Positions 1-8,732 are shown, counted from the stretch's first letter. The stretch is 20,000 nt of DNA from an uncultured virus (IMG/VR IMGVR_UViG_3300049170_000088) (IMGVR_UViG_3300049170_000088), one strand, 5' to 3'. The notes: a model not told the origin generated them from the letters alone. Numbers and translations: made by a program.

Positions 1-615
1 CGTGTACCGCGCGGAGCGGTCATCGGCCGCCGCGCGCGAGCCGGAGCCGCGGCCGGGGGTGACACCGGCGCCCTTGGAGCGCAGGAAGTTCAGCGGCAGG
101 CGCCGGTCCTGGGTGGCCAGGGCGCGGGAAGCGCCGGCGGAAGCCGAGGACTTCTTCTTCGTGGTCTTCTTCTTGTCGTCCTTGGCCGGGGTGTCGGCGC
201 CCGGATCGTCCTTCGGGTCGTCGTCTTCGTCGGCGTCCTCGTCGTCGGCGGAGTCGTCGGCGAACTGGCCGCCCTCACCCTCGTCGTCGTCGGCGCCGTC
301 CTCGCTGACCACGCGTGCCCCGAGCGAGGCGAGGCGGCGCTGGGCCTCCTCGTTGCGCTGCTGGGTGCCCACGTTGTACTCGCGCAGGTGCTCCACCACG
401 TCCACGAGGAATTCGAGGGCGGTGAGCTGGTCATCGCTGGGGGTGCGCTCTTCCGCCTCTTCGCGCAGCTCCCGGAAGCGGTCGACGGCGGCGGCCTCCA
501 GGCCGCTCATGTCGGTGCCGCTTTCGGCAGCGGCGCTCACGGCGTCGCGGATTGCCTCACTGCGCTCGTCGTCGTTCGCGGACGCGAGCACGTTGAGGAT
601 GTCGTCAAGTTCCAC
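1..615 (-). CDS. Probable major capsid protein, N-terminal scaffold-like part (truncated by window edge; absent from ORF track)
   Basis: GTG at 615 with RBS AAAGGA (623-628); frame open to position 1: VELDDILNVLASANDDERSEAIRDAV...helical, then acidic linker and Lys-rich patch...RYT. High GC3. Position downstream of portal and protease suggests capsid. Confidence 0.65.
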   Translation of the reverse strand, partial: MELDDILNVLASANDDERSEAIRDAVSAAAESGTDMSGLEAAAVDRFRELREEAEERTPSDDQLTALEFLVDVVEHLREYNVGTQQRNEEAQRRLASLGARVVSEDGADDDEGEGGQFADDSADDEDADEDDDPKDDPGADTPAKDDKKKTTKKKSSASAGASRALATQDRRLPLNFLRSKGAGVTPGRGSGSRAAADDRSARYT

Positions 616-653
616 CTGAGTGTCCTTTGATCGAGACATCGACTTTTGGTGCT

Positions 654-721
654 CCCGGCGCAGACACCAGTCAGAGCGCGAAGTGCTGGGGACCGTGGCC
701 CCCGGCGCAGACACCAGTCAG
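654..721. repeat. Perfect 21-bp direct repeat CCCGGCGCAGACACCAGTCAG (654-674, 701-721) in the capsid gene leader
   Basis: Two identical copies read directly, starts 47 bp apart. Confidence 0.9.
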
Positions 722-1029
722 GCGGATCGGTCAGAAACCTACACATCTCACATTAAAAGGGGCGCATGGTGCGGCGCGCCGCATCAGCGGGCTTCAACTG
801 CACCTCAAACGCACTTCACGCAGGCGCGAGGCAGACATGGGAAAGGGCCGCCTTCCCGCTGTGATTGCGGATGGGTCGCGCCCTGGGGGGGTAGGGCGTT
901 CTCCGCGGGAAGACGGCCGCACAGGCGCCGTGGCCGTGGGAGGGCGGCGCCTTCGGCCCCGAAGGGCCGGTGATCCCACACTAGCGTCTGGACGCCGGGC
1001 GACCGGTCATATCCGGCACGCGTCACTCT

Positions 1030-1209
1030 TCAGCGTGTGGTCTGCTCCCAGTAACCGCCGTGCTGGGACACCGACCGGTCAGCGTCCTCCTTCACGTAGT
1101 AGTCGACGCGGGAGCCGTCGGGCCGGTAGTGCCGGAAGATCACCGTCTTCCCGGCCGGGGTCGTCTGTCGCCGCCCGCCGCAGGACGAGCAGTTACCGAA
1201 AGTGCTCAT
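1030..1209 (-). CDS. Small 59-aa protein with CxxC (MSTFGNCSSCGGRRQ...QTTR); not in ORF track
   Basis: ATG at 1209 overlaps the upstream stop (ATGA), GGAG RBS, TGA at 1030-1032, GC3-rich codons. Confidence 0.75.
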   Translation of the reverse strand: MSTFGNCSSCGGRRQTTPAGKTVIFRHYRPDGSRVDYYVKEDADRSVSQHGGYWEQTTR

Positions 1210-1643
1210 GGGGTTCTCCGTTCTCTTTCAGGGCCCGCGGAGTCCCGGCCGTTCCGCCGGTCGGTGACGCGCAGGAGTTGTTGGGGTGGCTGCGGCGCGC
1301 GCGAGCCCGCGCTGATGCCGCTCGCGAGCTGGGCCAGACGCTCATCGCGCAGCCGGGCCGCGTCCTCGTCGGTGGTGCGCTCGGAGACCTCGGGCACGTG
1401 CCACATCCGCCTCGCGGCTTCCTTGCGCAGGGCGAAGGCGATCTCTCCGGCCGGTGAGTCGATGACCACGCGCAGGTGGCTGCCGCCCTCGATGGGCACC
1501 AGGGAGGACGGCCACATCCCGGCGAGCACGCCGAGCACCAGGGCCAAGTCCTCCTCGGTGCGCTCCAGGGCCTGGCTCAGCGCGTGGAACTCCTCGACCG
1601 ACGGCCGGAACTTGGCTCCGGCCGTCTTCTTGGCACCGGCTAT
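1206..1643 (-). CDS. Hypothetical protein in head module (start uncertain: ATA 1643, TTG 1547 or GTG 1538)
   Basis: 3' part of ORF 1206..2066 has strong GC3 bias from 1643 onward; its stop is coupled to the next ATG. Confidence 0.6.
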   Translation of the reverse strand: MAGAKKTAGAKFRPSVEEFHALSQALERTEEDLALVLGVLAGMWPSSLVPIEGGSHLRVVIDSPAGEIAFALRKEAARRMWHVPEVSERTTDEDAARLRDERLAQLASGISAGSRAPQPPQQLLRVTDRRNGRDSAGPERERRTP

Positions 1644-3931
1644 GACGCCACCGCCTCGGCCTCGGCCAGGGCCTGGGTGTCCTCGGCTGCGTTCGCGCGG
1701 GACTCCGCCCGCTTGGCCTGCCAGTGCGCGACGTCCGCGCAGCCCTGGGCGCGGGTCTTGGCGGTCACCCGCTGGGTCTTGGGCCAGTTCAGGCCGTCGG
1801 CCGGGTTGCCTCCGGCGCCGCCTCGGCACCACTTCTTGACGACGTTGACGGCCACCGCGATGGCATGGGACTCCGTCATGCCCTTGGCCATCAGGTGGTT
1901 GGCCACGCGCCGGATGAAGTTGGGCAGGTGCCCGGTGGTGGTCTTCTCGATCCAGTTCTCGCGGTTGCCCTTCTTGAAGCCCTCGGCCTCCGCGACGCCC
2001 GCGTACTCGCCCTCCTTGCCCTCCTCGGGCTGACAGGCGTGCATGATCTCCGGGTCGGCCAGACACTCGATCATGTAGGCGGCCAGCTCCTCGTGATACG
2101 CCGGGGAGCCGCCCACGTCACTGTCGCCGATGCCGCCGGATGCCTTGCCGGTGTCGCCGAGCGGTCCGGGACGCTCGGCGAGTTCGGCCATGCGCTTGGT
2201 CATGCTGGCGATGCGCGAGCCGGACAGCCGCTTCGCGGCCAGCTGCACGCGCGCGGTGCGCTCCGCGGCGAACACGCTCTCCGCGCGCGCCTGGTGCGCG
2301 TCGGCGTCCTGGCTCAGGGCGCCGCAGCCCAGCGCGGAGAACGGCGCTCCCTCGGCGCCGGCGCGAGCCCTGGTCTGGGGGAAGCCGGGCACGTTGACGG
2401 CGAGCGCGGCCACCAGCTCCATGCCGCCGCGCACCGCACGCCAGTCGCCGGACAGCCCGCACAGCGCGATGCGGGTGCGCTCCTCCTCGTCCAGGTGGGG
2501 CAGCAGGGAGCCCGCGCACCAGATGCCGAACTCGTCCTCGCCGACGGCGACGACGGCCGCCATGGTGCCGGTGTTGTCGTAGTGGGCCGTCGCGGAGGCG
2601 GGCAGCGCTTCCAGGGAGGCGTGGCCGGTGTCCATGGTGATGACGCCGACCTCGCGGATACCGCCGCCCTTGGTCTCCAGGAGGCGGGTGGCGTAGTAGG
2701 CGTAGCCCGTGTTGGACGGCGGGGCCATCACGCACCGCTTGTCCACGCCGATGTGGCAGACGTTCCACAGCGCGAGGTGGCCGAAGACGCGGTCGCCGGC
2801 GACGGTCCAGGGAGTGCCCTCGGCGAACGGGGGCCGCTCGAACCACGGGGCGGGGGGCTTGAAGGAGTCGGGGGCGAACTGGCCAACCGCGAGGGCGGTC
2901 GTGGTGGAGCGGACCAGCGAGGCCGCGGACTTCTTCTCGCCCTTCCAGGGAGCCTGGATGGAGGGGTCCTTGAAGGTGGTGGCGGCGCGGCTGTAGAGGG
3001 TGCTGAGCTTGGACTTCAGGCCGGAGGTGGACACGTCGGTGCCGCCGCGGCCACCCTGGACGACGGCCGCCGCGGCAACGACGCCGGAGAAGACGGCCTT
3101 CAGCTCGCCGTCGATGACGTCGGCGAAGGGGAACTTGTAGGAGCCGACGTTGTTGGGGTCGGCGTTCTCGTCGCGGTAGAGGAAGCCCTGGCTCATCTTG
3201 GCTACGTCCAGCGAGCCGTCTTCCTTCTTGGCGCGGGCGGCCATGCGCTTCTTCGCTCCGGCGCCGTCCCAGGACCGGCCGCGGTCGGCGAAGGGAAGGG
3301 AGGTGTTGCCGATCGCCGCGGCGGTGACCGCGTAGCCCTCGGTCAGCTTCTCGCCCTCGATGTCGCCGGTCTCCGCGTAGGAGGAGACGAACGCCTCGGG
3401 GAAAGCGGGCTGAGAGACGAGGGTGGCCCCCATCAGCCGCCAGTCGGAGAAGACGATGCCCTGGTGTGCGGGCAGTTCCTCGGGGTCATCACTGGCCGCG
3501 TAGGCAGCGCAGTCAACCAAGGAGCGGTTGTCTCCGATGCAGCCGATCTGGTGGGAGTCGTCGTCCAGGTCCACGCTCACGAAACGGAGCCAGTTCTGGT
3601 GGACCTTGCGGGCGACGTCGGCCGCGCGCTCGTCCTCCAGATCAAATCGGCCTTCCCCCATCAGCAGGTCGCCTTCGATCCAGGCGTGGTCGATCACGCC
3701 CACCGGGACGGCGCCGTCGTGGCCCTGACTCAGGGCGTCCTGGTAGAGGAGCGGGAGCGGGAGGGGACGGGTGCGGGGCACGCCGTTCTCGGGCCGGGCC
3801 AGGAGTCGCCGGTCACGGGAGGAGGCGAAGACGCCGAGCGGGGCCAGGACGCCCCTCCACGTGCCGGGGACCGGGGCGTCGTCGCCGTCGGTCTTGGAGT
3901 TCTGAGTGCTTTCAGTGGTTACGGTCATCAT
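1640..3931 (-). CDS. Capsid maturation (prohead) protease, multi-domain
   Basis: Motifs typical of actinophage proteases: WRGVLAPLG, PLPLPLLYQ, GHDGAVPVGVID, VSVDLDD, GATLVSQPAFPEA; second module RVFGHLALW..CH, TGHA, HYDNTG, GEDEFGIW, LSGDWR, LAVNVPGFP. Directly follows the portal. Confidence 0.8.
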   Translation of the reverse strand: MMTVTTESTQNSKTDGDDAPVPGTWRGVLAPLGVFASSRDRRLLARPENGVPRTRPLPLPLLYQDALSQGHDGAVPVGVIDHAWIEGDLLMGEGRFDLEDERAADVARKVHQNWLRFVSVDLDDDSHQIGCIGDNRSLVDCAAYAASDDPEELPAHQGIVFSDWRLMGATLVSQPAFPEAFVSSYAETGDIEGEKLTEGYAVTAAAIGNTSLPFADRGRSWDGAGAKKRMAARAKKEDGSLDVAKMSQGFLYRDENADPNNVGSYKFPFADVIDGELKAVFSGVVAAAAVVQGGRGGTDVSTSGLKSKLSTLYSRAATTFKDPSIQAPWKGEKKSAASLVRSTTTALAVGQFAPDSFKPPAPWFERPPFAEGTPWTVAGDRVFGHLALWNVCHIGVDKRCVMAPPSNTGYAYYATRLLETKGGGIREVGVITMDTGHASLEALPASATAHYDNTGTMAAVVAVGEDEFGIWCAGSLLPHLDEEERTRIALCGLSGDWRAVRGGMELVAALAVNVPGFPQTRARAGAEGAPFSALGCGALSQDADAHQARAESVFAAERTARVQLAAKRLSGSRIASMTKRMAELAERPGPLGDTGKASGGIGDSDVGGSPAYHEELAAYMIECLADPEIMHACQPEEGKEGEYAGVAEAEGFKKGNRENWIEKTTTGHLPNFIRRVANHLMAKGMTESHAIAVAVNVVKKWCRGGAGGNPADGLNWPKTQRVTAKTRAQGCADVAHWQAKRAESRANAAEDTQALAEAEAVAS

Positions 3932-3961
3932 CGCCTCACGAAGTGACGGTTTGCGGCGACT

Positions 3962-6499
3962 TTAACCTTTGATCCCTGTTAGGTCCTTTGACCGATCCGG
4001 CCCAGGAATGTCTGTTTCCTCCCGAGGGGCGGAGAGGTCCGCCCACTCCGGGCATCCGCGCTCCGCCATCACGGCCCGCAGCAGCATCAGGTCGTGCGGC
4101 TTGCCCTCCCTGATCAGCGCCCGCACGTAGATGTCGACCAGCTCGTGCGTGCACGGCGCGTCCGGCAGCACCAGATGCAGATCCCGGTACGCCCCGGCGA
4201 GCATCAGTTCCGTCTGCTCGGTGTTCGGCTCCAGGTGCACGTGGATCTCGTGCTTGGGGATGTCCCGGTACTGCGCCCGCACCGGCCGGGACTGACGCGA
4301 CAGCAGCCAGTTGCCCGCCTTGTCCAGCGCGCGCACCGCGGCCATCTCCACGGCCTTCTCCACCGCCGCGGCGCCCGGCGCCGACGGCCCGGCCGGGGCC
4401 CCCTTGCTCTTGGGCTGCGGCCGGTCCTTGGCGCCCTCCTCCACCGGCCGACCCGACTTCTGCGGGGCCTTCTTGCCCCCGTCCCCCGAGGCGGCGCCGC
4501 CCGCGGCCGACGACTTGTTCTGCGCCGGCGAGCTCCCGCCGCCCTGCTGCTGGGTCTTGGGCGGCACCGGTGCCGAGGAAGCCACCTGGTTCTTCGCGTA
4601 CTCCTGGAGATCGGGGGTGTCGATGCCCAGCAGCGGCAGCAGCAGAGGGGCGATCAGGCCCTGCGAGGCCACGATCGACTGGAGTACGTGTCGGTTGCGC
4701 TCCTCCTTGGTGGGCGCGTCCTCGTCCCCGAAGCCCAGCACCTGCCGCAGCGCCCGCTCGCCCAGTGCGCCCTGCTGGTAGGCCTGGAGCGCCTGCTGCG
4801 GCCGGTTGGCCTGCTGCACCAGGTCCGACACGTCGTACCAGAGTGCGAACTCCTCGGTGTCCCCGACGCCGAGCGCTTCGAGCGAGGGCCGTAGGTACTG
4901 ATACGTCAGCGCGTCGCAGATCAGCGCGAGCAACGGCTCAATGTGGATCTTGATGCTCGACTCTTCGAGCGCCCACACGCTGTTCCCGGTCCAAAACACG
5001 GTGCCCTCGTGCCGGGCCAGCCACGTCTGGTTCCCGGTGGTGGGGCACCAGATGGTGCCCGTGTAGTACGTCTGGTTCATCTGCTTGGGCGTGGGCGTGA
5101 ACCGGCCGCGGTGCGCCAGCGACAGATCGCGGGCGCCGTCCTCGGTGTCGGTCAGCAGGTGGAAGTAGCCCAGCTCCGCGGAGAGCAGATCCTTGGAGGT
5201 CACCCACATCGGCACGCCGTGACGCGAGCGGACCGGCCAGCGGTGCGCGAGCGTGGTCAGCGAGTGATGCCCCTCGCCCTTCATCTCCACCATGGGCTCA
5301 GCGAGCACGTCCCACGTGTTGATCTCCTGGCACGCTCCCCACTCCGGGGCGCCGGTCTGGTGATTGAGGGTCATCACCTCCTCTCCCTGCTTCAGCTCGC
5401 CGTAGGTCTTCCAGCCGCCGCGGGTGAGAATTTCCGTTGTATCGGGCACGCACCAGTGGTTGATGTCGGCGATGCCCAGCAAGATTTCTGCCGGGATGTC
5501 CAGGCCGGAGGCGATGCGTTTGGTCGCGGCGTCGCGCAGGTCGGCCGCCGCGGCGTCCAGCGGCGTGGAGAAGGAGAAGTGCTTGATGCCGTTCCCGGCC
5601 TCCGCGGGCCCGCGCACCACGATGGGCACCACCGCCGAGGCGCTGCCGCGGTCCTTCAGCGGCGTCATCATCGCCTCCACCAGGGAGGCCGTGAACGGAT
5701 CGGAGTGGATGGGGTTGATGCCGTCGCCCTGCGCGGGCTGGGGGAAGGTCAGCTCGTCGGGCAGGAAGAGCAGACCCGCGCCGGCGAGGCGGGATTCCGC
5801 GGAGGCGGAGATGTGCGCGGAGAGGTCCAGCAGCTCCTTGCACGCCCCGCGCAGCGAGATGACCGGCGAGTCGGGGTACCAGTTGCGCCGGGGGTGCGGG
5901 CGCCAGATCCGGATGAGGGCCGCGTTGTCGGTGTCGATCTCGACCGGGTCCGGCTCGTCGGGCGGCGTGATCTGCATCGTCCCGGAGGCGGAGTTGGTGA
6001 CCTCTGCGGAGTTGACGACCTGCCAGATCCGCTCGTGGTCCTCGGGGTGGTCGTAACCGCAGATGTAGGTCTCGCCCACGAGGTTGATGTGGGTGGCCAG
6101 GCGCCGCAGCATCTCGCCCTGCCCGAGCTGGCCCCCGAACAGCTCGTAGTAGGGCTGGAGCACCCGGTCCATGCCGTCTTCGGAGGACTCGATCGGCGTG
6201 GGCGGCGCGGAGCCTTCCGGGTCGATGCGGCCGATGTAGAGCCTGGCCCTGGAACAGGCGTTGGCAATCCAGCCGATGCCGAAGCGCAGCTCGGGAACGG
6301 AGTCGTACAGCTCCCAGGCGTCGATCTGCCAGTCCGCGGCCTGGGAGACCGGCCGTACCCGGTCGCGGGTGATCAGCGCGGCGGAGGCGACGGTCGCGGT
6401 ACCGAAGGTGCGCGGGATGTGGTGGCCGTCGTCGGGCAGGTCGATGGTTCGGGTGTGGGTGGCGGTGGTCTTCCTGGTCAGCCGGGGAAAGACGCTCAC
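3962..6499 (-). CDS. Phage portal protein, intein-containing
   Basis: WQIDAWELYDSVPELRF..WIANACSRARLY, IRIWRPHP, SRLAGAGLLFLPDEL, SASAVVPIV, RIASGLDIPAEILLG..NHW are motifs recalled from actinophage portals; synteny with protease and capsid. Confidence 0.85.
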   Translation of the reverse strand: MSVFPRLTRKTTATHTRTIDLPDDGHHIPRTFGTATVASAALITRDRVRPVSQAADWQIDAWELYDSVPELRFGIGWIANACSRARLYIGRIDPEGSAPPTPIESSEDGMDRVLQPYYELFGGQLGQGEMLRRLATHINLVGETYICGYDHPEDHERIWQVVNSAEVTNSASGTMQITPPDEPDPVEIDTDNAALIRIWRPHPRRNWYPDSPVISLRGACKELLDLSAHISASAESRLAGAGLLFLPDELTFPQPAQGDGINPIHSDPFTASLVEAMMTPLKDRGSASAVVPIVVRGPAEAGNGIKHFSFSTPLDAAAADLRDAATKRIASGLDIPAEILLGIADINHWCVPDTTEILTRGGWKTYGELKQGEEVMTLNHQTGAPEWGACQEINTWDVLAEPMVEMKGEGHHSLTTLAHRWPVRSRHGVPMWVTSKDLLSAELGYFHLLTDTEDGARDLSLAHRGRFTPTPKQMNQTYYTGTIWCPTTGNQTWLARHEGTVFWTGNSVWALEESSIKIHIEPLLALICDALTYQYLRPSLEALGVGDTEEFALWYDVSDLVQQANRPQQALQAYQQGALGERALRQVLGFGDEDAPTKEERNRHVLQSIVASQGLIAPLLLPLLGIDTPDLQEYAKNQVASSAPVPPKTQQQGGGSSPAQNKSSAAGGAASGDGGKKAPQKSGRPVEEGAKDRPQPKSKGAPAGPSAPGAAAVEKAVEMAAVRALDKAGNWLLSRQSRPVRAQYRDIPKHEIHVHLEPNTEQTELMLAGAYRDLHLVLPDAPCTHELVDIYVRALIREGKPHDLMLLRAVMAERGCPEWADLSAPREETDIPGPDRSKDLTGIKG
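4982..5452 (-). mobile_element. Mini-intein (157 aa, no homing endonuclease) in portal, residues 350-506
   Basis: Block A CVPDTTEILTRGGW; block B TTLAHRW; block F YTGTIWCPTT; block G VFWTGN followed by Ser+1. Removing it gives the extein junction INHW|SVW. Confidence 0.92.
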
Positions 6500-6504
6500 T
6501 TAGA

Positions 6505-6828
6505 TCACCTCGCGTCCAGGTGCTGAGCGGCCAGGCCGGTCAGCCAGGAGAGGGTGAGCAGTCCGGCGCCCCACTGGTAGGCGAGGGTGTCTCCGTACTC
6601 GATCGCGGCCGGGGTGACTCCGGCGGCCACCCAGATCGACATGCACCAGGGGCAGCCGATCAGCTCGTTGAACCACTCCCAGCCCGCGGAGGGCTTGCCG
6701 CCCTCCTCCTGGGGGGTCGCCTTCTTCGCGAGGCGATCACGCAGGGGGAAGGTGATGCTGTCCCTGCCGATGAGGCGGGTGATGCGCGCGGTCGCGCCGA
6801 GGGCGGTGATGGCAGTGATCGGGTCCAC
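6505..6828 (-). CDS. DUF1360-like membrane protein
   Basis: ARITRLIGRDSIT..LRD, ELIGCPWCMSIWVA and hydrophobic segments; this family often lies upstream of actinophage portals. GTG at 6828. Confidence 0.8.
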   Translation of the reverse strand: MDPITAITALGATARITRLIGRDSITFPLRDRLAKKATPQEEGGKPSAGWEWFNELIGCPWCMSIWVAAGVTPAAIEYGDTLAYQWGAGLLTLSWLTGLAAQHLDAR

Positions 6829-6870
6829 GCGGCGCACACTAACCAAAAAGCGACATCACGCCCGGTAGCG
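6829..6870 (-). promoter_or_regulatory. Candidate promoter for the head operon giving a leaderless mRNA (-10 TAGTGT at 6836-6841)
   Basis: TANNNT hexamer 7 nt upstream of GTG 6828; no Shine-Dalgarno visible. Confidence 0.45.
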
Positions 6871-7076
6871 CCCATACGTGGCGAACCTGAACTGTCGTCA
6901 CCAATACCCGCAGATGCGAGAATTAGCGCAATGCGGTGGATACCGTTTCACGCCTTGTTCTGCACCTGGGTCTACACCATCTGGCAGCAGCCCCCCACCG
7001 GCCCGACCAACCTGCCCATCTACATCGCGGTCCTCGGAGCAGTGATCGCCTTCCGCCAGGAGGAGGAACCCGAGCC

Positions 7077-7496
7077 ATGGCCGTCGCCCGACTCAACTCC
7101 GGCGCCATCAACCACCTCCTCAAGGGCCGCGGCGGACTCGTCGACCGGCACTTCTCCCGCCACGCCGCCAACGTCGAACGCGCCTGCAAGGCCCTCGCCC
7201 CCGCCGAGTCGGGCGCCCTGAAGGCGTCCATCCGCACCCGGCGCACCGTCGCCGGTCCCCTGGTCATCTGGCACATCGGCTCACCGCTGCGCTACGCCAA
7301 GTACCCCAACTGCGGAACCGGCATCTACGTCGGCCGCGGACGCATCGTCCCTCGCCGAGCCCCCAAGCTCGTCTTCTACTACAAGGGCCGCAAGTGGGTC
7401 CTGGACTCCGTCCGCGGCCAGGAGCCGCAGCGCTTCATGATCGAAGGGCTGCGCCGCGGCCAGCCCTACCCAGTCACCCCGCTGCCCTGCGGCTGA
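7077..7496 (+). CDS. HK97 gp10-like (head-tail / tail completion) protein
   Basis: RBS GGAGGAGG; CKALAPAESGALKASI, IGSPLRYAKYPNCGTGIY, VRGQEPQRFM match the gp10 pattern (AP..TG.L..SI, YA.Y...GT, P.PF). Confidence 0.75.
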   Translation: MAVARLNSGAINHLLKGRGGLVDRHFSRHAANVERACKALAPAESGALKASIRTRRTVAGPLVIWHIGSPLRYAKYPNCGTGIYVGRGRIVPRRAPKLVFYYKGRKWVLDSVRGQEPQRFMIEGLRRGQPYPVTPLPCG

Positions 7497-7504
7497 GCAC
7501 GCCA

Positions 7505-7536
7505 CGGGCCCCCGTCTCCGCCGAGACGGGGGCCCG
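7505..7536. terminator. Hairpin between convergent genes, probable terminator
   Basis: CGGGCCCCCGTCTC-cgcc-GAGACGGGGGCCCG, perfect 14-bp stem. Confidence 0.8.
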
Positions 7537-7567
7537 CGATCTTGCATTAGCGCTTCAATTGAAGCGC

Positions 7568-8179
7568 CTACGCCGCGGCGGACAGGCTCCTGTCCACGCT
7601 CGCCGCAACGCCGGCGGTTCCGGGACCCTGGGCCGCGCGCATGCGCTCCTTGTCCCGCAGCTCCGCATTGCGGTGCTCGCACATCTGGTGCCACTGCGCG
7701 CGCACCGAGGCGCCGCCGGGCTCGATCCACCCGTACTGCTCGCCCGTGCGTACCACCTCCTCGATGTCGTAGCCCTCCAGGGCGCCGACAGCGACGGCAG
7801 CCTGCATGCCGTGCCCGGCCGCCTTCATGCGCCCGATCGTCTTGCGCTCGCGCCCGAGAAGCCTGGCCGCTTCTCGCGCCGTGCAGAAACGGTCGGGCAC
7901 CTTGACGTACCAGTCGGGCGGCTCCTCATCCCGGCGCGGGCGTCCCACCCGGTCCGCGCGCGCCGGTCGGCCCCGCACGTCGATGCGGCCGGTCTCCTTG
8001 AGCCACCGCGTGATCCGCTTCTCCTCCCATCCCGGCTGGAAGCCGATGTAGATGTCCGGCCGCGGACACCAGGGACCGATCGCGATCTTGTCGAAGGTTC
8101 CCTTGGAGATGCCGACGCGGCGGTAGATGTCGTGGCCCGCCAGATAGCGGACCGGCTCATCTCTGCTGTCCTGGTTCAT
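7568..8179 (-). CDS. DNA-binding protein with two Xis/AlpA-like winged-HTH units
   Basis: YLAGHDIYRRVGISKGTF...PRPDIYIG..PGWEEKRITRW and FCTAREAARLLGRERKTI...GYDIEEVVR. Confidence 0.7.
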   Translation of the reverse strand: MNQDSRDEPVRYLAGHDIYRRVGISKGTFDKIAIGPWCPRPDIYIGFQPGWEEKRITRWLKETGRIDVRGRPARADRVGRPRRDEEPPDWYVKVPDRFCTAREAARLLGRERKTIGRMKAAGHGMQAAVAVGALEGYDIEEVVRTGEQYGWIEPGGASVRAQWHQMCEHRNAELRDKERMRAAQGPGTAGVAASVDRSLSAAA

Positions 8180-8337
8180 GGGTCCTCGCTTCTTTGCTGC
8201 TCAGCGGGGTGCCACAAGCAAGGGTCCACTCTACTTCGAACGGCCTAACGCCACCCCGCAAGGTAGTTGCCGCCCGGCGTCTGGGGGTGTGTCCTAGTTA
8301 TGTCATCTGCACTGTTCATACTGGTTTGGGGTAATCC

Positions 8338-8592
8338 ATGGGAAGCGGCACCGCCCGACACGCCATGGACCAGGCCATGGGCCAGTGCTGGTGCCCGCTG
8401 CGCCACCGGCGACCCGCCGGACGCGGTGTGTCAGGGCAACGCGACTCCAAGCCACCCTCCACCCCCGAGGCCCCCAAGGAACCCACGCGGCTTCAGCGTC
8501 TCAAAGCGCTGCTGACGCGGGGCCAGAGGAAGTCGAAGGACAGTCCGCCTACCCAAGGCGCCCCCCAGGGTGCCGGAGGAGAGTCACCATGA
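8338..8592 (+). CDS. Small hypothetical protein (start uncertain)
   Basis: Stop overlaps next ATG (ATGA at 8589-8592); three alternative ATGs. Confidence 0.45.
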   Translation: MGSGTARHAMDQAMGQCWCPLRHRRPAGRGVSGQRDSKPPSTPEAPKEPTRLQRLKALLTRGQRKSKDSPPTQGAPQGAGGESP

Positions 8593-8732
8593 TCGTCATG
8601 GCGCGTGGCCGCGGTGGCAACATCGCGAACCTCAAGCGAGGCCGCAAGAAGAAGAAGTCCGGCAAGCGCAGCGGCGGCCGTCCGTTCGCCGCGTCCGGCA
8701 GCGCCTTCTCCTACAGCCCGCGTGGCCGGTAG
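8589..8732 (+). CDS. 47-aa highly basic peptide (MIVMARGRGGNIANLKRGRKKKKSGKRSGGRPF...)
   Basis: RBS GGAGGAG, ATGA coupling, GC3-rich codons; next ATG 3 nt after the stop. Confidence 0.65.
   Translation: MIVMARGRGGNIANLKRGRKKKKSGKRSGGRPFAASGSAFSYSPRGR

Noticed and set aside
654..721. Repeat-spacer-repeat as CRISPR or att site
   Set aside because: Only two copies, no cas or integrase in window; kept as a leader repeat.
1724..6526. Long plus-strand ORFs (740, 527 and 266 aa)
   Set aside because: Antisense shadows of protease and portal, expected at this GC content; no motifs.
6931..7221. Small hydrophobic ORF MRWIPFHALF...
   Set aside because: No RBS and 145-nt overlap with the gp10-like gene; cannot be supported, though not excluded.
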